From Myxococcota bacterium (GTDB lineage: Bacteria > Myxococcota_A > UBA796 > UBA2385): DNA of 64,000 bases. Where the stretch lies: positions 96,001 through 160,000 of the forward strand of contig JBIJDH010000018.1 in the NCBI GenBank assembly GCA_044344255.1, written 5' to 3'. The notes under the pieces are model-generated. The model saw nothing but the letters and a program-made list of their open reading frames with translations, was not told the DNA's origin and did no database searches. The position numbers were made by a program, and so were the translations under genes. Shown here piece by piece: positions 54,289-64,000 of this stretch. The first letter of the stretch is position 1. Every line of letters starts with the position of its first letter.

Positions 54289-55320
54289 CTAACCTGGGCC
54301 CAGCCGGTCGGTGGGCCAGAGGGCGGCGTACTGGTCGAAGACGCCCATGCAGACGCTCTTGCGGGCGCAGGGGTCGCAGGCGGGCACGTGGACGCGCTTT
54401 CGGTCGGGGGCCCAGGAGTAGAGCCCGGTGAAGGAGACCTTCCCGGGGGCGCTCTGCCACTCCACGGTGACCCGCGGGTCCCAGTGGAGGTCGTTGCTGA
54501 GCATGCCGTAGGGGCCGAGCAGGCACATTGGCACGCCAAAGAAGCGGAGGATCGCCGTGGACAGCCGGGGTGGCACCCGGGGGAGCCAGGTGGCGAGCTG
54601 CTCGAGGCTCGGCGCCAGGGCCGGGTAGGCCTCGAGCGCGGCCCCCTCGGGGGTAGTGTTGCTGACGACGATCAGCCGGGCTCCTCGCGACTCGGCGAAG
54701 GCGGCGGTGTCAGGCAGGGCCTCGATGTTCTGTCGGCAGGCCACCGAGTTGACGAAGAGCCCGAAGTCGGGGCGGCGCGCGCGGGCGTTCTCCATCGCCC
54801 GCGTGACGGTCTCGAAGGAGCCGGGGCGGCCGGCGACGGCGTCGTGGGTGGCGGCGTCGGGGCCGTGCAGCGAGAAGAGGGCCTCGTCGAGGAGCGGCAT
54901 GGCGCGGTCGGCGAAGTCGGGGCGGGCGAGCATCGTGCCGATGGTGCCCACGCTCGTGCGCATCCCGAGCTTCCGCGCCAGCGTGAGGACCTCGATGAAC
55001 TGTGGGTGGATGGTGGGCTCACCCCCGGTGAGGTGCACCGCCGTCACCCCGCGCTCGGCGTGGGTGCGGAGGATGGTGGCGACCCGGCCCCAGGTGACGC
55101 CGTAGGGCCGATAGGCGCGCATCCGCAGCTCCTCTGAGCAGAAGAGGCAGCGCTCCGGGCAGTGGTAGGTGAGGTGCAGCTCGAGGCGCCGCATCACCTG
55201 GCCGTCGGGGCCGATCCAGGGCCGGGCCTCTGCGGGGGCCCCGAGCTCGGAGACCTGCGTGGGCCGACCGAGCGAAGCGGCGGGGGCGACAGGCGCGGCG
55301 GGCGCGGCGGGGAGGGTCAA
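54289..55320 (-). CDS. Radical SAM protein with C-terminal Cys cluster (HxsC-like)
   Basis: CPERCLFC (CxxxCxxC), LTGGEPTIH, FSLHG, PMC, CDPCARKSVCMG; TTGA overlap with mce. Confidence 0.9.
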   Translation of the reverse strand: MTLPAAPAAPVAPAASLGRPTQVSELGAPAEARPWIGPDGQVMRRLELHLTYHCPERCLFCSEELRMRAYRPYGVTWGRVATILRTHAERGVTAVHLTGGEPTIHPQFIEVLTLARKLGMRTSVGTIGTMLARPDFADRAMPLLDEALFSLHGPDAATHDAVAGRPGSFETVTRAMENARARRPDFGLFVNSVACRQNIEALPDTAAFAESRGARLIVVSNTTPEGAALEAYPALAPSLEQLATWLPRVPPRLSTAILRFFGVPMCLLGPYGMLSNDLHWDPRVTVEWQSAPGKVSFTGLYSWAPDRKRVHVPACDPCARKSVCMGVFDQYAALWPTDRLGPG

Positions 55321-55727
55321 TCGTGGGCCGGGTGCTCGGCGAGCTCGATCAACACGCCATCACAGGACTTGGGGTGGATGAAGGCCACCCGCGTGCCGTG
55401 CGCCCCCGGCGTCGGGGCGGGGCTCAAGAAGCGGTAGCCCTTCTCTTCGAGGCGCCGCATGTCGGCCTCGATGTCGTCGGTCTCGAAGCAGAGGTGGTGC
55501 AGGCCGCCGCCCCGCTTCTCGAGGTAGTCGCGGATCGGACCCTCTCCCCGCAGCGGGTGCACGAGCTCGATGCGCGTGGGGGGGAGGGGGAAGAAGGCGG
55601 TGGTGGTGCGGGCGGCCTCGACGTCTTCCGTACCGTCCAGGTTCAAGCCGAGATCTTCCTGGAAGCGCCGGATGGCGCGCTCGAGGTCGGGGACGGCGAT
55701 GGCGATGTGGTCCAGGCGCTTGATCAT
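55317..55727 (-). CDS. mce: Methylmalonyl-CoA epimerase (VOC family)
   Basis: LDHIAIAVPDL, IELVHPL, YLEKRGGGLHHLCF, GAHGTRVAFIHPKSCDGVLIEL. Confidence 0.92.
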   Translation of the reverse strand: MIKRLDHIAIAVPDLERAIRRFQEDLGLNLDGTEDVEAARTTTAFFPLPPTRIELVHPLRGEGPIRDYLEKRGGGLHHLCFETDDIEADMRRLEEKGYRFLSPAPTPGAHGTRVAFIHPKSCDGVLIELAEHPAHD

Positions 55728-55809
55728 GGCCGAAGCGTAACATCTGGGGGAGCCGCGTCGCGAGGGCCGTGCTACGGCGACACCGCCCTTCCACTGGTCC
55801 TTGGTTTCT

Positions 55810-55881
55810 CAGGTCCTCCCACAGGTCCTCCCACAGGTCCTCTCATAGGTCCTCCAACCGGTCTTCCAACAGCGCCTCCCA
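55810..55881. repeat. 6 x 12-bp degenerate tandem repeat (CAGGTCCTCCCA) in divergent intergenic region
   Basis: Units: CAGGTCCTCCCA x2, CAGGTCCTCTCA, TAGGTCCTCCAA, CCGGTCTTCCAA, CAGCGCCTCCCA; then CCGAGGTCA twice. Confidence 0.88.
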
Positions 55882-55910
55882 CCGAGGTCATCCTCCGAGG
55901 TCACCGCACG

Positions 55911-56489
55911 ATGTCTACCGCTCTCGCCAATTACGAGCCCAAGTATGTCGCCAAGAAGGCCATGTTCTCCTTCATGGGCAGCGCTTTCCGGCTGTTCTCT
56001 CCCACGGGCGAGCTCGCGTTCTTCGTCAAGCAGAAGGCCTTCAAGCTGAAGGAGGAGATCACGGTCTGCGCCGATGAGGCCCAGCAGAACCCCCGCCTCC
56101 GCATCAAGGCTCGCAGCATCATGGACGTCAGCGCCACCTACGACGTGACCGACGCTGCCAGCGGCTCGGTGGTGGGCGCGCTCCGCCGCAAGGGCCTCAA
56201 GAGCATCATCCGCGACGAGTGGGCCATCCTGAACAACGACCAGGAGGTGGGCAAGGTGATCGAGGACTCCGGCTTCCTCGCCATCCTCCGCCGCATCTTC
56301 CCGATCATCCCCCAGACCTTCAAGGTCTCGATGGGCGACGTCGAGGTTGGCATGATCAAGCAGCGCTTCAACCCCTTCCAGCTCGCCTACGACGTCGACT
56401 TCTCGGCCGACACGGGCAACAAGCTCGACCGTCGCCTCGCCGTCGCCACCGTGGTGCTCCTGCTCGCGATCGAAGGCCGCCAGAAGTAG
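55911..56489 (+). CDS. LURP-one / scramblase (tubby C-terminal-like) family protein
   Basis: GAGGT RBS; FVKQKAFKLKEEI, IKARSIMDVSATYDV, GALRRKGLKSIIRDEW, LDRRLAVA..LLLAIEGRQ. Confidence 0.8.
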   Translation: MSTALANYEPKYVAKKAMFSFMGSAFRLFSPTGELAFFVKQKAFKLKEEITVCADEAQQNPRLRIKARSIMDVSATYDVTDAASGSVVGALRRKGLKSIIRDEWAILNNDQEVGKVIEDSGFLAILRRIFPIIPQTFKVSMGDVEVGMIKQRFNPFQLAYDVDFSADTGNKLDRRLAVATVVLLLAIEGRQK

Positions 56490-56493
56490 CCCT

Positions 56494-56517
56494 CCGCTCG
56501 TGGTGCCGCATGGGCGG
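56494..56517 (+). terminator. Possible stem-loop after the LURP-like gene
   Basis: CCGCTCGTG-N6-CATGGGCGG pairing with G-U pairs; no U-tract. Confidence 0.3.
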
Positions 56518-56590
56518 CGGATCGGGGTGCGACGTAGACCCAGGGTCGGGATAGCTCCCGGCTCGAACGCTGATCTGCCCCGCGCTGCCC

Positions 56591-58945
56591 TTGGACGACC
56601 CCCTGAAGCGCTACTTCCTCTGGTCTCTGCTGTTCCTCGCCGGCTTCGCGGTGGCCTTCGTGGTCGTCGTGAAGCCTGAGTGGGAGGCGGCCCGGGATGA
56701 GGCGGTGGACCTCGCGAGGGTCCACCTCGCTTACGAGGTGGCGCACCCCGGCTGGAGCTTCCCGGCGCGTGTGTGGTCGTCCGCGGTGGAGCTCGATCAG
56801 CCCCGGGTGCGCCTCATCTCCGAGGCGAAGGCCCGCGGCTACACCGAGCTTTGCCCCCCGCGCTCCCCGGGCGACTTCTGCGCCAAGACGGGCCAGATCG
56901 TGCTGCGCGGAGGCTACTTCCCGGAGGGCGCCCAGCCCCCTGGCCTCGAGGGCTGGAGCCGCCCGCCCGCGCTCGAGCCCGTGCTCCTCGGCTGGATGAT
57001 CGGGCCGGACGGGGAGATCCGCCAGCACCTCCCCCTCGAGCGCGCCCCGAAGACCTTGCTCGCTGCGCTCCTCACCGCCGAGGATGAGGACTACCGTGCG
57101 CACTCCGGCGTGAACCTCAAGGGCGTGGCCCGCGCGATCTACCAGAACGCGCGCGGCAGCGGCGTGCAGCAGGGGGCGAGCACGCTCACCATGCAGCTCG
57201 TCCGCAACCTGAAGCAGGACAAGGAGAAGACCTGGCGCCGCAAGGTGCGAGAGGCCGTCGCCGCCGTGGCGATTGACCAGGCCCTCGGCAAGGACGTCGT
57301 CCTCGGCATGTACCTGGACGCGCCCTATCTCGGACAGTGGGGCGGCTTCTCTATCTGTGGCTTTCAAGCAGCCGCCCAATATTATTGGGGGATAGACGCC
57401 GCGGACCTCAACCTCTCTCAGGCGGCGACGCTGGCCGCCATTCTGCCGGCGCCGGGCAAGTTTGCCCCCGACAAGAACCCCGACGAGGCGAAGCGTCGCC
57501 GCGATCGTGTGCTCAAGCGGATGGCGGAGGTGGGGGCCTGGCCCGCCGCGGAGGTCACCGCGGCCCTCGCGGCGTCGATCGACGCCGCGCCGCACCCGCT
57601 CCCCGAGGCGCGCTTCCCCGCCTATCTGCAGGCCACCCGCTCCTGGCTCGAGCAGAACGTGCCGCCCGAGACGCTCTATGGCGCCGGGCTCGAGATCTTC
57701 ACCGCCCTCGACGTCGGCCTCCAGGTGCGCACCGAGGCCTTTATCCCGGAGCGGCTGAAGTACCTCGAGCGGGCGGTGGGCCGGAACGGCAAGGAGCCGC
57801 TGCAGACGGCGGGCGCCCTCATCGAGAACCACTCGGGGCTGCTGGTCGCGGTCTACGGCGGAGAGGTGGCCGTGGCGACAGACTTCTCGCTCGCCACGCA
57901 GGCCAAGCGGCAGGCGGGCTCTTCGATGAAGCCCCTGGTGTATGCGCTCGGCTTCAGCGTGCCCGGAGAGGGTGGGCACCCGAAGTATACGGCGGCCCAC
58001 ACCGTCCCGAATTCGCCGCGCGAGTTCAAGGGCACCAACGGCTGGCGGCCGCGCAATGTCGGGGGTGAATATTCGGTCACCGACTCCCTGGCGCACGGGC
58101 TCGCCTGGAGCCAGAACATCGCCACCGCCTCGCTCCTCGAGGAGGTGGGCGGCGCGCAGAAGCTGATTGACTTCGCCTCGCGCGTAGGGATTGACACGAA
58201 GGCCTGGCCGGCCGAGATGGGCCTCGCCCTCGGACAGGGTGAGGTCACGCCCCTCGAGATGGCCCGCTTCGCGAGCACGGTGGTGCGGGGCGGAGAGCTG
58301 GCGAGCGGCCGCCCGGTGGCCATCGCTTACGACCCGAACGGCGCGGTGCGCATCGCGCCGCCGGCGACCGGGGAGCGGATCCTCACCGAGGAGGCGGCGG
58401 CGCTCACGCGCGACCTCATGCGCCTCGTCATCGAGGTGGGCACCGGCGGAGCCTCCCGTGGGGGGGCCGGCTTCCCCGGCTACGATGGGCCGGCGATCGG
58501 CAAGACCGGCACCACCGACTCCGAGAAGGACCTCTGGTTCATCGGCGGCACCCCCTACTACAGCGCCGCGATCTGGCTCGGCTATGACCAGCCGAAGCGC
58601 ATCGGCGCCGCCGCCTCTGACCTCACCGCCCCCCTCTGGGGCTGGTGGATGCGGGAGGTCCACGACGGCCTGCCGCGCAGCGAGCTCCCCGGCCTGAAGC
58701 TGGAGCACAAGGGCATCTGCACCACCTCGGGCAAGCGGCCGAACGCCAGCTGCCGGGTGATCAACGCCCCCTTCCTGCCCGGCACCGCCCCTAAGGAGGG
58801 CTGCGGCGCCGCGCACCCGCCGCCCGATCCCGAGGCGCCCGATCACGAGAGCCTCTGGGAGCGAAAGCGGCGGTTGGCAGAAGAGAAGGCGGCGCTCGAC
58901 GCCGGGATCCCCCTCCCGATCGAAGACGAGGTCGGTCGCGAGTGA
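56591..58945 (+). CDS. Class A penicillin-binding protein (transglycosylase plus transpeptidase, PBP1b-like)
   Basis: N-terminal TM; GT51 AEDEDY.HSGV, QGASTLTMQLVRN, RKVRE; transpeptidase GSSMKP (SxxK), SQN (SxN), GKTGTT (KTG). Confidence 0.93.
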   Translation: MDDPLKRYFLWSLLFLAGFAVAFVVVVKPEWEAARDEAVDLARVHLAYEVAHPGWSFPARVWSSAVELDQPRVRLISEAKARGYTELCPPRSPGDFCAKTGQIVLRGGYFPEGAQPPGLEGWSRPPALEPVLLGWMIGPDGEIRQHLPLERAPKTLLAALLTAEDEDYRAHSGVNLKGVARAIYQNARGSGVQQGASTLTMQLVRNLKQDKEKTWRRKVREAVAAVAIDQALGKDVVLGMYLDAPYLGQWGGFSICGFQAAAQYYWGIDAADLNLSQAATLAAILPAPGKFAPDKNPDEAKRRRDRVLKRMAEVGAWPAAEVTAALAASIDAAPHPLPEARFPAYLQATRSWLEQNVPPETLYGAGLEIFTALDVGLQVRTEAFIPERLKYLERAVGRNGKEPLQTAGALIENHSGLLVAVYGGEVAVATDFSLATQAKRQAGSSMKPLVYALGFSVPGEGGHPKYTAAHTVPNSPREFKGTNGWRPRNVGGEYSVTDSLAHGLAWSQNIATASLLEEVGGAQKLIDFASRVGIDTKAWPAEMGLALGQGEVTPLEMARFASTVVRGGELASGRPVAIAYDPNGAVRIAPPATGERILTEEAAALTRDLMRLVIEVGTGGASRGGAGFPGYDGPAIGKTGTTDSEKDLWFIGGTPYYSAAIWLGYDQPKRIGAAASDLTAPLWGWWMREVHDGLPRSELPGLKLEHKGICTTSGKRPNASCRVINAPFLPGTAPKEGCGAAHPPPDPEAPDHESLWERKRRLAEEKAALDAGIPLPIEDEVGRE

Positions 58946-58988
58946 GCGGGGCCCCGGGCGAGGCCGGCGCGGGGTGCTCCGGGAGGGA

Positions 58989-59900
58989 TCAGATCCGATA
59001 GGTGCCGCGGCGGCGCTGGGTGGTGCCGCGCTTCAGTCGGGCACCCTCTATGCCGATGGCGACGACGAACCGGCAGGCGCTGTGTGCGTTCCAGCGGTCG
59101 ATCGCCTCCATGAGGTCGAGGGCCATGCGAGAGGCCAGCACCGAGCGGTCGACCACGCTCCCCGGGAGGCCCGCCGCGGCGAGGTAGGCGTCGCCGAGCA
59201 CGGCCGCGCGGTCGACGCGGCCGGGGGCAGGGTCGGCCTGGAGACGGTCCGAGATCTGCCCCAGCACCGCCCGCAGCACGGTGGCGCTGGTGCCCTCGGC
59301 GAAGGTGACGAAGGAGAGGAGGTCGGCGAAGAGCAGGGTGACATCGGCGGTGGTCGACGCCACGATCTCGCTCTCGGACTCTGGGATGGGGGCCGGGTGG
59401 ACATGCAGGGCGTCCAGGAGGGCCGCCGGGAGGAAGCCCTGAAGGAGGCGCTCGGCGGTCTTCTGCTCGATCACCACTCGATCGTAGAGGCGCCGGGTCT
59501 CCTCGTGGAGGAGGCGGACCTCGAGCATGTTGTGGACTCGGAGCAGCACCTCGGCGAGGTCAAAGGGCTTGCTCACGAAGTCGCGGGCGCCGGCCTGCAG
59601 CGCGCGCAGCTTGTGATCGGGCTGCGCGGTGATGACGAGCACCGGCAGCCAGGCCCCCCGCTCGAGGTCTTTCAGGTTCTCCATGACCTGGAAGCCGTCC
59701 ATGACCGGCATGTGGAGGTCGAGCAGGATGAGCGCGTAGCTGTTTGTGAGGTGCAGCTCGCAGACCCGAGTGGGGTCTGTCGTGGAGGAGACCGAGGTGT
59801 AGCCCGCCCCGCGGAGCATCTGCTCGAGCAGGAGCACGTTGGCTGGCTGATCATCAACGATGAGGATCTTGCCTCGGAGGATGTCGGATGTGGTCACCAT
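58989..59900 (-). CDS. Response regulator with degenerate, truncated class III cyclase-like output domain
   Basis: ILIVDDQ, LILLDLHMP, VITAQ, SKPF; then ERLL..LP, LLFADL, LGDAYLAAAGLP, ending before the catalytic C-terminal motifs. Confidence 0.85.
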   Translation of the reverse strand: MVTTSDILRGKILIVDDQPANVLLLEQMLRGAGYTSVSSTTDPTRVCELHLTNSYALILLDLHMPVMDGFQVMENLKDLERGAWLPVLVITAQPDHKLRALQAGARDFVSKPFDLAEVLLRVHNMLEVRLLHEETRRLYDRVVIEQKTAERLLQGFLPAALLDALHVHPAPIPESESEIVASTTADVTLLFADLLSFVTFAEGTSATVLRAVLGQISDRLQADPAPGRVDRAAVLGDAYLAAAGLPGSVVDRSVLASRMALDLMEAIDRWNAHSACRFVVAIGIEGARLKRGTTQRRRGTYRI

Positions 59901-61582
59901 GATGCGCGCCCTCTCTGATCGTCAGTCGAGTCGCTTCGGGCGGCCGCGAAGGCCCGGTCCAGCGCGCTCATGAATTCACGGACGTTGATCGGTTTGGTAA
60001 TGTATTGAAAAAAACAAGCCTCCATGCCTCGTTTCGAGTCTCCGAGCATGGCGCTCGCGCTGATCGCCATCACGGGGATGTGGGCGGTGGTGGGGTCGTC
60101 CCGCAGGAGCTTCATCGCTTGGATGCCGCTGATCCCCGGGAGGTTGATGTCCATGAGGATGACGTCGGGCAGGTGCTCTCGGGCGAGCTCGACGCCGAGC
60201 CGCCCGTCGCCAGCGGTGAGCAGTCGGATGTCGGCGCGGCGAGACACGATCTGCTCGACCAGCAGGAGGTTGGCGGTGTTGTCCTCTACATAGAGGAGGG
60301 TTCGTATCGGGGCCTGGGAGGGTTCGTCCACCCCTGCGGCGCGCTCGGCGCCTGCGACCATCCCGTCAGGCGTGGGGTTGGGCGCGGTGCGGAGCTCAAA
60401 CCAGAAGTCACTGCCGAGCCCAGCGGTGCTCTCCACCCCCATGCTGCCGTCCATGAGCTCGACCAGCAGCCGGCTCATCACGAGGCCGATGCCGGTGCCC
60501 GGCTCCTCACTGCCCTCCTGTCCGAGCCGGTTGAAGGGCTGAAAGAGCTGCGTGAGCTTCTCGGGGCTGAGGCCCCAGCCGGTGTCTTTCACGTGGATGC
60601 GGGTGCGGCCCGGCGCGGACTCCTGGTAGTACACGCTCACCAATCCGTTCGGGCGATTGTACTTCACCGCGTTCGACAGGAGGTTGATCATCACCTGCTT
60701 CAAGCGGAGGCGGTCCGCCTGGACAAACCTGGGCTGGGAGAAAGTGGGGAACGTGAACGAGATCCCCTTCTTCCGTCCGGACTGCTGGACGATGGCCTGG
60801 CACTCCCGCATCACCTCGGCGAGGGAGACGGGCTCCACCGAGAGGTGCTGTTGGCCGGCCTCGATGACCGCGAGGTCCAGGATCTCGTTGATGAGCTCGA
60901 GCAGGTACCACCCGGCCCGCAAGATCTGCCCGATGCTCACCTTCTGGTTGGCGGTGGGCGGTGGGGAGTCGGTGTCGAGGAGCTGGGCGAAGCCGAGGAT
61001 GGCGTTGAGCGGGCTCCGGAGCTCATGGCTCATGCTCGAGAGGAACTCGGACTTCGCGAGGTTGGCCTTGTCCGCGGTGATGCGCGCGTTCTCCAGCTCG
61101 CTGTTCCGCTCCCGCAGGGCGTCGGCGATGTGCATCCGCGCCGTGTTGTCTGTCCCGATCAACAGATACCCGATGATCGTGCCCGCCTCGCTCCGGAGGG
61201 CGGTGACCGAGACCACCGCCGGGAAGCGGCTCCCGTCCTTGCGGATGTAGGTGAGCTCGTAGATGTCTTCGATGCCGCGGGAGGCTTTGAAGACGAGGGC
61301 CTCGAAGCCCGGCGTGATCGGCGTCCCGAGCTCGAGGCTCAGCGCTCGCGCGCGGGCGATGACCTCGGCGGGGTCGGAGATGTCGGCGGGGGTGATCTTG
61401 TTCATCACCTCGGCGGCCGAGTAGCCGAGCATCACCTCCGCGCCGACGTTGAAGAGCTGGATGACCCCCGCCGCGTCCGTCGCGATGCTCGAGAAGTTGG
61501 CGCTGTTCAGGATCGCGTTCTGGAGGGCGCCGTTGCGGAGGAGGGCCTCCTGGTCGAGGCGATCGGAGTCTGAGTGGGGCAT
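59894..61582 (-). CDS. PAS-domain hybrid sensor histidine kinase (PAS-HisKA-HATPase-REC)
   Basis: SIATDAAGVIQLFNVGAE, IRKDGSRFP; FLSSMSHELRSPLNAILGF; NLLSNAVKYN, DTGWG, GTGIGL; LYVEDN, ILMDINLP. ATG 61582 after GGGAG. Confidence 0.93.
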   Translation of the reverse strand: MPHSDSDRLDQEALLRNGALQNAILNSANFSSIATDAAGVIQLFNVGAEVMLGYSAAEVMNKITPADISDPAEVIARARALSLELGTPITPGFEALVFKASRGIEDIYELTYIRKDGSRFPAVVSVTALRSEAGTIIGYLLIGTDNTARMHIADALRERNSELENARITADKANLAKSEFLSSMSHELRSPLNAILGFAQLLDTDSPPPTANQKVSIGQILRAGWYLLELINEILDLAVIEAGQQHLSVEPVSLAEVMRECQAIVQQSGRKKGISFTFPTFSQPRFVQADRLRLKQVMINLLSNAVKYNRPNGLVSVYYQESAPGRTRIHVKDTGWGLSPEKLTQLFQPFNRLGQEGSEEPGTGIGLVMSRLLVELMDGSMGVESTAGLGSDFWFELRTAPNPTPDGMVAGAERAAGVDEPSQAPIRTLLYVEDNTANLLLVEQIVSRRADIRLLTAGDGRLGVELAREHLPDVILMDINLPGISGIQAMKLLRDDPTTAHIPVMAISASAMLGDSKRGMEACFFQYITKPINVREFMSALDRAFAAARSDSTDDQRGRASW

Positions 61583-61821
61583 GGTCGCGCTCCCGGACGT
61601 CACAGCTCGACCCTGACCTCTGACCTGCCGCGGCGCGGGAGGTTCAATAAGTCGGGGGGCTGAGCTGAGGGCGCGGAGTGGTGGGACAGGCGAGCCGCGC
61701 GTTCGGAGGGCAGGGAGTGCCTGCTGTCACCATAGTCGGTCTGTCCGGGCGCGCACGAATTTCCCGCGGCGGCGGTGCGCCTGCGCGCCCAGGACTGCGG
61801 GTGCGCAGGTCTGGGCGGCGC

Positions 61822-63801
<1,980 letters not shown>

Positions 63802-63864
63802 GGCTCCCAGCCTGACCCGTGGGGGCCGGCTCGGCAATGTCCCGTCGGCGCGCCGCGCGCGGGG

Positions 63865-63999
63865 TCAGGCCTCTGGCCAGACCGCGGGCGGCACCGCGCC
63901 CCGGAGGACCCGCCCCTCGTCTCCGCCGTCGCAGGCCACGGTGACCAATAGGCCGTCCGGGAGGCGGCTCGTGGCGTCTCCGGCGCCGACCACCGCGGG
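63865..63999 (-). CDS. 3' end of a PEP-utilising enzyme (mobile/swivelling domain), partial
   Basis: Hand translation PAVVGAGDATSRLPDGLLVTVACDGGDEGRVLRG...* resembles the PEP synthase mobile-domain end. Confidence 0.7.
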   Translation of the reverse strand, partial: PAVVGAGDATSRLPDGLLVTVACDGGDEGRVLRGAVPPAVWPEA

Positions 64000-64000
64000 G

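Noticed and set aside
51175..55137. Very long plus-strand ORFs (51175..55137, also 41277..44438, 45976..48393) and similar minus-strand ones (29276..32227, 17861..20470, 56387..58846)
   Set aside because: Stop-poor antisense frames typical of high-GC DNA, opposite genes with clear motifs; no recognisable domains.
55810..55881. Possible CRISPR array
   Set aside because: Units are 12 bp and abut without unique spacers; no cas genes in the window.

Overview
Very GC-rich bacterial DNA, most likely from a Myxococcota/myxobacterium-like genome (inference from a MYXO-CTERM-like tail, CDGxDNDxDG repeat lipoprotein and pfa1/pfa2-type PKS). All family calls come from motif recognition by eye; no searches were run. 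Left to right: (1) a Wzx/Wzy-type exopolysaccharide locus (priming glycosyltransferase, deacetylase, Wzc, Wzy/ligase, flippase, GT4, Wza, GalE, 1-11.5 kb); (2) an adjacent carrier-protein cassette (tandem alpha/beta hydrolase, ACP, acyl-CoA dehydrogenase-like, SerRS-like amino acid:[carrier protein] ligase, DUF1839-like, GH2, 12.7-20.6 kb); (3) D-Ala-D-Ala dipeptidase, a secreted glycan-binding protein, a pentaheme cytochrome c and an acidic repeat lipoprotein; (4) a 1.1-kb islet bounded by 23-bp direct repeats containing gene fragments and a 36-aa peptide gene; (5) a phosphodiester glycosidase and a 1263-aa orphan vWA protein; (6) a DUF4178/DUF350/membrane aminopropyltransferase/FAD oxidase/AdoMetDC operon; (7) small hypothetical genes; (8) a methylmalonyl-CoA epimerase-radical SAM-PfaD-PfaA-like PKS-two GT-C-like membrane protein cluster with no PfaB/C partner in the window; (9) a LURP-like protein, class A PBP, PAS hybrid kinase/response regulator, a His-rich metal permease and the 3' end of a PEP-utilising enzyme. 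The best candidates for something new are a carrier-protein-dependent aminoacylation system beside the EPS locus, the lipid PKS/radical SAM/GT-C cluster, and apparent repeated use of CTG start codons (five genes). No rRNA, tRNA, CRISPR array, transposase or integrase was recognised.
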